A DNA stretch of 64,000 bases from Octopus vulgaris (lineage: Eukaryota): assembly GCA_951406725.2 (NCBI GenBank), contig OX597820.1, positions 64,232,001 through 64,296,000 of the forward strand, written 5' to 3'. Shown here piece after piece: positions 53,814 to 64,000 of this stretch. The translations under genes and the position numbers were made by a program. Below the pieces are notes generated by a model that saw only the letters and a program-made list of their open reading frames with translations, was not told the origin of the DNA and searched no databases. Every line of letters starts with the position of its first letter. Position 1 is the first letter of the stretch.

Positions 53814-54449
53814 GTGTGCGTATGTGAATGTGTGTAAGTGCGTACGCACGTCTGTGTATGCATGTGTGCTTATGCGCCTTCACAGGGCGTGTGCATGTTT
53901 GCCGTGTATGTATGTGTACAAATGTCTCTGTCTTGATACGAACGGCATACATGTAAAAGCAGGTGGACATATAAATCTATATCCAAATTCTCACAGACAT
54001 ATATACATACATATTGATGTGTGTGTGTTTGTGTGCGCATGTGTGCGTGTATGTATGTCTGTTTTTATGCATTTAAATACAACTTAAAGATACTTTACAA
54101 TGTAGGATGCATGAAATAGATGCAACGTGCATGCATATATTTACATACATATGAATAAATTTTCCGATAGTTGCAGGTCGTCCACACTATTTCCATTATC
54201 CTGCTAATATCGATATGGATGTGAACATACGTGTTCGGTGTTGCACACACGGAGAAATGCATACGCCAACGTATTCACACACATACATAAATACGAGTAT
54301 ATGTTTGTGCGCATGCCTGAGTGTGTGTGTGTATGTCTGCATGTGTGTGTGTGTGTGTGTGCGGGTGTGATGTACGTGTGGCATGTGATTGTATTTTTGT
54401 GTGAATGCAGTGAATACACACACATATATATGTATATATATATATATGC

Positions 54450-54515
54450 AGATAGGTAGATAGATAGATAGATAAATAGATAAATTGATAGAAATAGAGA
54501 GAGACAGACAGACAA

Positions 54516-54588
<73 letters not shown>

Positions 54589-54635
54589 GAGACAGACAGA
54601 TAGATAGATATATATATAAATAGATAGATAGATAA

Positions 54636-54698
<63 letters not shown>

Positions 54699-54715
54699 TA
54701 TAGATGGATAGATAA
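54450..54715. repeat. (GATA)n microsatellite
   Basis: Read directly. Confidence 0.95.
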
Positions 54716-55738
54716 AGGCATATATGCTTGTATGGTTTTATGCTTTTATAGAGAAATAAGCACGCGCACGTATTTATAGATGTATACAGAGAGAGGCACT
54801 GAAGGGCAGAGTGTAATTTAGAGCGGGAAAACATATGCAGGGATTGGATTAATATAGATCTGCATGCACCTCCTGTGGGATGCGCATACCTTATTCAACT
54901 AGCTGCATGAAATAATGCAGCTTAGTGTTTCATTATACATACAATCATGCACACATGCACAGGAACATACACACACACACACACACATTGTCCATCTCCC
55001 TCTGTCTCTCTCTCTCTCTGTACTTCACCTCTCTGTTACTATCTCTCTCTTAGCCACATATCCAGATACGGAGAGAAAGAAACAGATAGATTGTTGCATA
55101 AACAGATTGTTGGATGGAGTCATACACATATACGAAAATACGAATATGTTTGCACCACCGACTAATATGAAAATCACTTGCGAACTCACAAACTGAGCAA
55201 TATCTATGTATATATATAGTGGAAGCAGGTTACTGTCTTCTTGCCTTTGTGGTTGTAAGTCTCTCTATTCTACTGCCACATTTGGCGTGATAATTTGTGA
55301 TGCTTATATATTGTTTTCGCAGCCTGGTGTGTTTAAATGTATTTAACCTCAAAAATGTACAACTGTCAATCGTACTTCTTGTATCTGAATACAAATCCCC
55401 CTTCTGCTCAACAATCGGGTTCACTATCACAGTCCCAGTATTTATGAAATTTCATCAGCAGCTGCCCCTCTCTTTTTTAATTTGATACTCTGGAATTATA
55501 TATTTATAAATGCCACAATCATAAGGGGATTTATTGGGACAGACACACCGATTTTCATAAATGACGCACACTTAACATATTCTTTGACTTATATATCGTT
55601 GATGCGTTATAAGTGTTCGGATTTGTCTATGCTATAGTGTACTACAGAATTAACAGATGTATTTGAACCAAAGATGCTAACTGTAATTAATCTAAAGAAA
55701 ATCACGTTGGATAGGAAAGGTTTGGCGTTTATATACAA

Positions 55739-56130
55739 CTAGCAGTATCGCCCGGCGTTGCTCGGGTTGTAAGGGAAATAACTATAAAGCATTTTTAGAG
55801 AGTTATAGCCAAAAAATAGAAAAAAAATGCATTAAAAATGGAAAAAATATGATGGTAATTTTTTTTAAAAATCGTTGACTCATCGTAGACATTTTTAGAG
55901 AGTTACTTCCCTTTAAAAAATATGCACTAAAATGGAAAAACATGATGGTAAATTATTTTTAAAATCGTATACTCATCGTAGACGCACGCTAATATCCAGA
56001 TGGGCTCGATATGAATCACAACTATCAGATACCCGGTTTTGGTTAAACTGCACCGCAAAATGTGGGAGTAGTTAGGAATCTAAATCGTAGGAGACAGACA
56101 CTCACACAACTTCACGTTTATATATAAAGA
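55739..56130 (-). mobile_element. Non-autonomous Helitron (392 bp) with canonical ends
   Basis: Minus strand A|TCTTTATATAT...CCCGAGCAACGCCGGG (hairpin)..CTAG|T. No TSD; inserted between A and T. Confidence 0.9.
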
Positions 56131-57599
56131 TTTCTACGAGAAGAGAAAAATAGTGACATACCTGATCTGCAATCTTTAATACATTGTCATCAGTTTTTGA
56201 TTACCTCTTTAACTCGCCGCTGTAACACTTGGTATACAGCCACTATTATTTCGGACTTTATTGAATCGTATATAACAATTTACACAAGTGACACGCTATT
56301 CATAGGTAGTTTAATTGACAGATTGCTGAAGCGTTAGCAATGCCCTTTTGTTGGAGCGTAAAGTACTGCAGAATATAATATTTTAAGGAATTATGACTAA
56401 ATCCGCTTAATGACTACCTAAGTAGAAAGATATTTATGGTCCCCGGTGTTTTTGTTTTTTATTAAAGTTCATTTACAGAAGGAGGAATGTATAAAAACTA
56501 TGACTTTGTATTCGAGCACGTTATGACATATGTAGATCTATGTATATATTGATGAAAGTAACATAGATGTATACATACATGTATGTATATATAATATATA
56601 TATATATGGCTGTATTATGTATGTGTTATGTTATGTTACGCATGTATGTATGAATGTATGTATGTATGCATGTATGTATGTATGTATGTATGTATGTATG
56701 TATGTATGTATGTATGTATGTATGTATGAATGTGTGTATGTGTGTATGTATGTACATAAAGATAGTGTAACTGCAGCTGTTAAAAATATTATTATGACAG
56801 AAAAATAGAAAATTCTCTGAACACTCAAATAATGAATATTCTATTTTGCAATTTTCAAAGAGACGGAGTCACACTCTCATAAGTTTGCACACACATTACA
56901 TGCATACAGACACAAACACATACATAGATACACATACCTCTGTGTGAATGAATATATATATATATATATATGAGAAAGAGAGAGAAAGAGAGGAAAGGGT
57001 TAAGAGAGAGATATGCATATGCATACATATAAATATATATATATGCATATTTGTGAATGCATTCATGTATGGATGAATGCCCATGTATTTGTGTATATAT
57101 GATTGCATGCATTCATATAAATATGTATGTATATATATATATATATATAAATATATATATGCATGTATAATTGAATGAATAAAACCGCAATTGCGAGATC
57201 ATTATAATTAATACATCATTAAAAATTCTCTTCTAATTACTGGCAAAAATTAAAACAGTTTTGTCAATCTAAATTACTAACGAAGGCGAGATATTAATAA
57301 TAAAATGAATAAAATACGAAATTTCATTTTAACTAGAACTCCTCCAATGATTCCGCAATAAAAATATTGCATTTACGCATGCGCACGCTTATAGAGTTTT
57401 ATTTGAATTTATGAAAATATTGAATATCATCAGTATCAAATTGTTGTGCTTAGAAAGTTAACTGAAATGTTATCAACATAACTCAAAGAAACCTTTGCGT
57501 TATAAATTATGTCAGTCGAAAATTCAATAAATATAACGTACTACTTGTTTATATGTTTGAGACAGATTTCTAATGCTGTTGTAAGGAATGCGTGTATAT

Positions 57600-58990
57600 A
57601 AGATTCATACTGGCCACAATCCACCGGAATATCTCCACTGCTCTGTACTGACAGGACCATTGTTCTCACTGACATTAATGCAATATTGGTAAGATGGCGG
57701 CGAGCTGGCAGAAACGCCGGGCGAAATGCGTATCCGTATTTCTTTTGCCGTTACGTTCTGAGTTCAAATTCCGCCGATGTCGACTTTGCCTTTCAGCCTT
57801 TCGGGGTCGATAAATTAAGTAACACTTACGAACTGGGGTCGATATAATCGACTTAATCCGTTTGTCTGTCTTGTTTGTCCTCTCTGTGTTTGGCCCCTTG
57901 TGGGTAGTAAGGAAATAGGTAAGATGGCAAAGCATTTCAACAATTTTCTGAACACGCGTTGTTCTATCAATGAAGAGACCATTGCTCGTATGCCCTAAGC
58001 TGACATCAACATTATCTGGCAGAGCCTCCAACAGAAGCAGAATTTCAGAAGGCAATTAAGATTTGCCTTAAATGGCAAAGCACCAGGCACTGGCCTCCAA
58101 CACTATACAAGCCTTGAGGAAAGTATTGATACACAAACTCGCCAATTTCTTTCAGACCATGTGGCAACAGGAAGTTGTTCCCCAGGAGCTTAAAGACGCA
58201 ATAGGCGTTCCAGTGACAACCAACGAGGAATTTATCTGCTCATCGTCGCTGTCAAGATACTCGTAAGCGTCCTCCATGACCACCTCATTCAGCAAAAAGA
58301 AGACGGTCATCTGCCAGAGAGTCCATGTGGCTTCAGAGAGTGTGTAGCTAAGTCGACATTATATTTGCCGTACACCAACTTTAAGCGAAATGCCAGGAAC
58401 AGAACAGGGATATGACCTTTGTAGACCTAACCAAGGCCTTGATACTGTCAGCCATGAATGACTTTGGAAGATCATGGGAAAATTGGGCTACCAGGAAAAT
58501 TATTCAGCAAAATGTGACAGTTTCACAACGACATGCTTGCGCGAGTACTGAAAAATGGAGATTCTTCCGATGCATTCCCAGTCACGAACAGAGCCAAGCC
58601 CGGCTGTGTACTCACACCTACACTGTTGAGTATGATTTTCTCAGCCGTACTGTAGGATGCGTTCTGCAATGACGGCGAAACTAGCATCAAGATAAGATTC
58701 AGGACTGATAGCTGACTCTTCATCCTGCAGCGGCTACAAGCTAAGACTAAGGTACAAACGGAAGCGGTGCGCGACTTCCTGTTTGTAGTAAACTGCTCAT
58801 TCAACGTCACCACAGACACCTAAACGCATCACAGCATAAACTGCTTTCCCATTGCCAGCAATAACTTTGGCATTAAAATCAATATCGAAGTCATGCACCA
58901 ACTTGCTCTGCAAAACTCATATTTAGAACCAACTATCACTGTTGAAGCGGAAACCTGGAAGGTTATTGTACTCTACTCTAGAGCATTGAC
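57600..58990 (+). mobile_element. Decayed RTE (BovB-like) LINE fragment
   Basis: AILVRW, NGKAPG, VPQELKDA, LPESPCGFR, TFVDLTKA, GCVLTPTLLSMIFS; many frameshifts. Confidence 0.88.
57696..57917 (+). mobile_element. Young SINE family B copy with target-site duplication
   Basis: Flanked by GGTAAGAT(GGC) at 57688 and 57918; interrupts the RTE frame. Confidence 0.9.
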
Positions 58991-58994
58991 GACG

Positions 58995-60068
58995 AAGTCC
59001 TCGCGCCGACACTTGTCACAATCACTACAGTACTATACTCCATCAGGCCACTGAAAGTGTTGGTGGTAAAGATGGGATTTTCATGTGTTGTGAACCTACA
59101 TGCTCAAACCAAAACACTGGAACGACGCATCCATGACTTAGTTTTCATAGACGATGCTCCCTTGTTAGCGCTTAGAGAAACTGTTTCTTGCAAGACAAGA
59201 GCTACCTGACACTTTAGCCTATAAGCTTAAAGAAAACAGAAATTCTCCCACCTGCATCACTCCAAAAATACTAACCCTCACATCCCCACAAAGGAGACTG
59301 AACTAAACATAGTCAAACAGTTCACCTTCACAGGGTGTACCATCGTGCCAGATGCCAAAATCTACAAAGAAGTTAATAACAGACCGGTCAAAGCAAACAA
59401 TGCATTCGGCAGATTGTACAAAATAGAATTTGGAACAATAACATGAAGAATGCAACCAAGATCTGTTTATATAAAGGCGTCGTTCTGACCACACTCTCGT
59501 ACGGATCAGAGTCATGGGTCATCTGACAGGACTACGAACGAATCCCTGAGCGATTCCATCAGCGCTATCTTCGTATCATTCTCAGCATCCACTGGTGTAA
59601 CTTTCACACTAAAGTAGAGATCCTAGGGCAGGCGAAGGCCACCAACATCGAAGCAATACTACAGAAAAAAAGCTCTGCTGGGCAGAACAGGTCACTCGGT
59701 TGAACGATCAACGTTGAGATATCACGATGTATTACAATCTATCTTCCGGTCACCGTCATACAGGCGCGCCTAAGAATACGGCCGAGAGGCACCTAAGGAA
59801 ATCCTTTGAAACCTGCCACTGTTGCTGAGAGTGAAGCCTGGTATGTTACAGTCCATCGCACAATAGCTTCCTATGAAGACACCAACAGACACGAGGGGGA
59901 GGAGAAAAAAAAACACTAAAACCATTACGACCAGCCCTGACCAACCCACATTCGCATGCATCCTCTGGCGTCATAAGTGTTTGTGGAGAATCGGACCTGT
60001 TGACATGAGTGGCCTTGCCATGGACAAGAACATCTCCGTTCATAAATCTTCGCTCGCGAAGCCATACC
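58995..60068 (+). mobile_element. Second 5'-truncated RTE LINE with 3' end
   Basis: RT motif restarts (VLAPTL..LVFIDDA), then VVLTTLSYGSESW, ERFHQR, and the terminal hairpin CTTCGCTCGCGAAG before (CA)n. Confidence 0.8.
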
Positions 60069-60121
60069 GAACACACACAAATACACACACACATGCATAT
60101 ATATATTTATAAATATATATA

Positions 60122-60196
<75 letters not shown>

Positions 60197-60608
60197 CATA
60201 TATTATTAAAGAAACTTGAAGAGCCCTTTGCCAAAGGCGCTTCAGCAACAACACACACTCAAGCCCAGAGACCACTACTAAATTCAGGCCACGCCAGACA
60301 GATAGGATGTTCTAAAAGCCGAAGATTTTAAAATTACAGAGATAATATTTACATATCACATGAGGAAACATAACTAGGATCTCATTATGCAGTGAAACAG
60401 TTGCATAATCATGTACCTGCACATCTGGAGAAAATCGTTGCCTGGATACAATTTTCATGATTAAAAAATATACGCCCGACCGTGCTCCTACTTGCTGACT
60501 CCAAATTCTTCTACTGGATAGCATAGGGGAAATCTGAAGGTGAATGACTTTATACTGTACTTTACTATGTTCTCAACAGAATATACTATAACTATACACG
60601 CACACAAA

Positions 60609-60696
<88 letters not shown>

Positions 60697-60978
60697 GATA
60701 AACAGATATAGATATAGATATATATGCATATATATATAGATAATATATATAACTACGAATGTATGTATACTTTAATATATATGTATATATATATATATAC
60801 GTATACATATATATATTTATATATGTATATATATATATATATATATTAATAAAAAGAATTCCAACCTTGTCTGATTTTCACGTTTTATTTACAATCTTAT
60901 AATGATATATTATAAGATAATATATTATAATTGAATAAAATAAAATGAAATAGTAGAATGTTAAATATTCATTCTGAT

Positions 60979-61023
60979 TGAACTAGTACTTTCATGCATT
61001 GAATTCTGCAATCTTCGGGTTCA
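60979..61023 (-). ncRNA. Minimal type I hammerhead ribozyme in the PLE terminal repeat
   Basis: UGAAC-C[C]GAAGA-U-UGCA-GAAUUCAA-UGCA-U-GAAA-GUAC-UA^GUUCA: 5-bp stem I, 4-bp stem II, palindromic stem III AGUACU, U4->C variant. Predicted cut between 60984 and 60983. Confidence 0.8.
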
Positions 61024-61059
61024 TGTAGTAGTGTTGACAGTCATGCTTCACAATTTTTG

Positions 61060-61200
61060 ACTGTAGCAAGATGAGTGATTCTGTGCTATAAATACAGCTG
61101 GGTAGGCTCCAGAGTGCTAGGTTTTGCAAACTGTATTCTGACCAATCAGTGTGTAGTATCACTCAATTACTTAAGCTGATTGGTTGGTTGAGCTGATTGG
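61060..61200 (-). promoter_or_regulatory. Putative internal Pol II promoter of the PLE pLTR
   Basis: Three CCAATCAG boxes (61142-61149 +; 61176-61183 and 61193-61200 -), TATTTATA/TATAAATA at 61087-61094, and an Inr-like ACAGTC ~25-30 nt downstream on the minus strand. Confidence 0.5.
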
Positions 61201-61517
61201 TTTAGGCATCATGCTTTGTTGGACAGGTCAAGAGTCCTGTATCTTGACCCTGGCCGAAGCAGCAATTGTTGGGTTATTTTTAGAAATGTTGTAAATATCC
61301 TTTGTCAGAGATTTTTATATTTTTATATTTCAATTGTCATCATCATCATTGTCAGCACCTTAATTATTGTTGCTAGTGGTGATGGTGGTGGCAATAGAGC
61401 TTTTAACCCTAAATAAGATAATTTTCCTGCTATCTTCGTCTTGATCACCTTTAGTATTGTTGTTGTTGTTAGTGGTCATGGTCGTAGCAGTGGAAGTAAT
61501 ACCTCTAAGTATTATTA

Positions 61518-63845
61518 TTATTGCTTATTTAGCTTGGGTTCGAATTTATCAATAAAATTCTTTTCTCTGATTTTCCTCTCGATTTCACTTGGGCTGTGTA
61601 ATTTGTAGAATGGAAATATTATATATATTTTCCGACCACATGTTGCTAGGTGGTTACTCAAAGGTATCTGACGGACCTCTGGGTCTCTAATCTGTTGCCG
61701 GTGTACACGTGAGCGTTCTAATAGTGCGTTTCCCGTCTGACCTACATATATTTCTTCACAATTTGGGCATTTGATGCAGTAAATTAAATTTCTGCTTTTG
61801 CAGTTCATATTCGCGTTTGTGAATATTTTCCCGGTTTTTGTGTTTATATATTGACCGGTATGTATGAATTGGCATGTGCCACATCGGCTATCATTGCATT
61901 TAGATACCGTGAATGTTTGGTCTTTGTTGCTGAGGTCAAATTTTGCCTTTGTTAGTAATGTTTTCAAGTTTTTAGGCTGTCTTTTACTAAGCACCATAGC
62001 TCGATCCTTGATTATGTCTTTTAATTCATTACTTTGGGCAATGATTGGTAGGTTTGCTTTGGCAATGTTGAAGATATTCTGGTGACATGGGTTGTGTGTC
62101 ACTATGAATGGTATGACTTGTTCTTGTTTTCCTCTTCCTTGGGTTGTCCTAAGTTGTTGTATAGGTATTTTTATAGCCCGCTGTATGCCATTTTCTATAA
62201 GTAGAGATGGGTATTTTTGTTTGAGCAAAAATTCTCTTAGTTCTATTAGGCGTTTGTTCCTGATATTTGCATCTTCTACAATAGTACAAATTCTTCTGGC
62301 TAGGCAGTATGGGATGTTACGTTTTGTATGTGGTGGATGGCACGACTTAAAATTTAGGTATTGATGTGTGTCTGTGTGTTTATAGTATATATCTGTGGTG
62401 ATGGTGGTGTCTTTTTTAATTACCATTATATCCAGGAATGGTAATTTGGTACTACTCATCTCCTTTGTAAATTTGAGAGATGGGTGTAGGTTGTTCAGGA
62501 GGATATTGAACTCTTCCAGAGTATTTAGAGATTCTGTCCAGATTATGAAACAGTCGTCTAGGTATCTCTTCCATGCCTTTTCAATATACTTTCTAAATCC
62601 AGTGCCATAGTTTACCTCCACCTCTTGGTAGAGTTGTTCTTCTAAGTATCCCATTACAGAGTTGGCGTAAACGGGAGCAAACCTCGTTCCCATCGCCGTG
62701 CCTCTAATTTGGATGTAATTCTTTCCATTGAAGAAGAATGTGTTATTTTCTAGAATAAGTTTGACTGTGTCTAATATAAATGGCACTGTGAATCTGCTGG
62801 GAATCACTTCTCTATGTTTTTCTAACCAGTATTTAATCGCCTTTATTCCTAAATCGTGTGGAATATTGGTGTAGAGGCTTACCACATCAAAACTTAGTAA
62901 AACTGAATTTGTTTCTGTTGTTTTGGGAAGATGGGACAGGAAGTCGATGTCATCCCTGATGAAACTTGGTATGTAAGTACATAGTGGTTTCAAAACAATG
63001 TCAATAAAATTGCTTAGACGGTGTGTAGGGCATGCTGGACCAGCTATAATAGGTCTAAGTTTTAGGTCTTTTGGATGTAATAATTTTATGTACTCACTTT
63101 CTTGTTCTTTTACTGCCTGTTGAATGTTTTTTGATTTGTGTATTTTTGGTAAGCCGTAGAAGTTGCTGGGTTTTGGTTCAAAATTGGTGATGTAGTCTTT
63201 TTCATTATCCGTAAGTGAGTTGTGGTGTGTTGAAATCAGGTTGTTGATCTTTTTCATGATGTGGTGGTCTATATTTGCGGGTATTTCACAATAGAAGGTT
63301 GTATCCTTCAGTTGGTCTTCAACCAAATCCTTATAGTATTCGGTATCCATAATAACAATTGCACCACCTTTACCTGCTTGTTTAATTATTATTGTTTGAT
63401 CGTTTTGTATACGTTTACATGCAGACATCTCTGATTTGCTAATGTTTGGCCTAACATTGGTATTGCGTCTAAGGGGAAATTTAGACAGGATATCAATGTA
63501 TTGGTCAAGGTAGTTATTTCTTCCTTTTGGTGGGGTGAAATTTGATTTATTCCTTACTAGGGATTCATCAATCTCATTACTTTTGTTAGCGAAGAATTCT
63601 ACAAGTCGTAATTTTCGACAGAATTTTTGGATATCCTCCTTTAATTCTTGGTGGTTGGCTGTTGGTGTAGGTGTGAATTTCAGTCCTTTTGACAGAAGTT
63701 GGATTTCATCATTGTCAAGATCTCTTTTTGATAAATTAATTATTTTAGGATCTATACGTTCAGTTGTTTGGGGTATGTTTCCTCTTCGATTTTTTCTTTC
63801 TCCGGTGTTTGTTGTCCTGACGTAAAAAAATGGATTTTTTTCTGG
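61518..63845 (-). CDS. Penelope-like reverse transcriptase + GIY-YIG endonuclease (775-codon open frame; first ATG at 63428)
   Basis: IINLS..E..LLSKGLKFTPTP lies upstream of the ATG. Then FYGLPKIHK, LRPII, FDVVSLYTNI, GTAMG, RYLDD, PFLD, CNDSRCGTC (Cys-rich Neptune-type linker), LIYCIKC..IYVGQT, R..HR, E..I..F.P.LN. Confidence 0.93.
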   Translation of the reverse strand, partial: PEKNPFFYVRTTNTGERKNRRGNIPQTTERIDPKIINLSKRDLDNDEIQLLSKGLKFTPTPTANHQELKEDIQKFCRKLRLVEFFANKSNEIDESLVRNKSNFTPPKGRNNYLDQYIDILSKFPLRRNTNVRPNISKSEMSACKRIQNDQTIIIKQAGKGGAIVIMDTEYYKDLVEDQLKDTTFYCEIPANIDHHIMKKINNLISTHHNSLTDNEKDYITNFEPKPSNFYGLPKIHKSKNIQQAVKEQESEYIKLLHPKDLKLRPIIAGPACPTHRLSNFIDIVLKPLCTYIPSFIRDDIDFLSHLPKTTETNSVLLSFDVVSLYTNIPHDLGIKAIKYWLEKHREVIPSRFTVPFILDTVKLILENNTFFFNGKNYIQIRGTAMGTRFAPVYANSVMGYLEEQLYQEVEVNYGTGFRKYIEKAWKRYLDDCFIIWTESLNTLEEFNILLNNLHPSLKFTKEMSSTKLPFLDIMVIKKDTTITTDIYYKHTDTHQYLNFKSCHPPHTKRNIPYCLARRICTIVEDANIRNKRLIELREFLLKQKYPSLLIENGIQRAIKIPIQQLRTTQGRGKQEQVIPFIVTHNPCHQNIFNIAKANLPIIAQSNELKDIIKDRAMVLSKRQPKNLKTLLTKAKFDLSNKDQTFTVSKCNDSRCGTCQFIHTGQYINTKTGKIFTNANMNCKSRNLIYCIKCPNCEEIYVGQTGNALLERSRVHRQQIRDPEVRQIPLSNHLATCGRKIYIIFPFYKLHSPSEIERKIREKNFIDKFEPKLNKQ

Positions 63846-64000
63846 TTATGATTTATATTCCTGTTGATGTTTGCTTGATGAATTTTGCGTTTTGGTTTAG
63901 AGGATTGACACACAATCCTCTATTTTAAAGGAAATAGAAAAACAGTCTACAGACGGAAAACTTGGAAATGAACACATAAACTCTGAAATTAAGAATTTAG

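Larger units (their letters stand above)
60846..64000 (-). mobile_element. Penelope-like retroelement (Neptune-type), young, inserted in (TA)n; runs to the window edge
   Basis: Intact RT-GIY-YIG ORF. The 3' UTR/pLTR carries a hammerhead, CCAAT/TATA and AATAAA, and the 3' end abuts (TA)n. Confidence 0.93.

Noticed and set aside
61864-63825. Plus-strand ORFs overlapping the PLE
   Set aside because: Antisense shadows of the RT-endonuclease frame.

Overview
AT-rich, microsatellite-saturated eukaryotic non-coding DNA (large intron or intergenic). The repeat repertoire fits a coleoid cephalopod such as Octopus; this is my inference from recalled repeat families, not a search result. I found no host protein-coding exon, rRNA, tRNA gene or CRISPR array, and almost all ORFs in the track are simple-repeat artefacts. 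The window holds layered transposons: three tRNA-derived SINE families, decayed CR1/Jockey-group, RTE and R4/Dong-like LINEs, Tc1, mariner, rosa-like, maT-like and hAT DNA transposons, and non-autonomous Helitrons/Helentrons. The only intact coding sequence is a Penelope-like (Neptune-type) RT + GIY-YIG ORF at the right end (minus strand). The most notable signal is a recurring Penelope-associated hammerhead-ribozyme system. It includes a minimal hammerhead with a CCAAT/TATA promoter in the intact element's terminal repeat, a long-stem-II hammerhead at 28.1 kb, and a ~585-bp palindrome with a hammerhead in each arm. The RT frame also extends 139 codons above its first ATG and meets an upstream -1 frame at a U7 slippery run, just before an apparent inversion junction. 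Coordinates of decayed elements are approximate.
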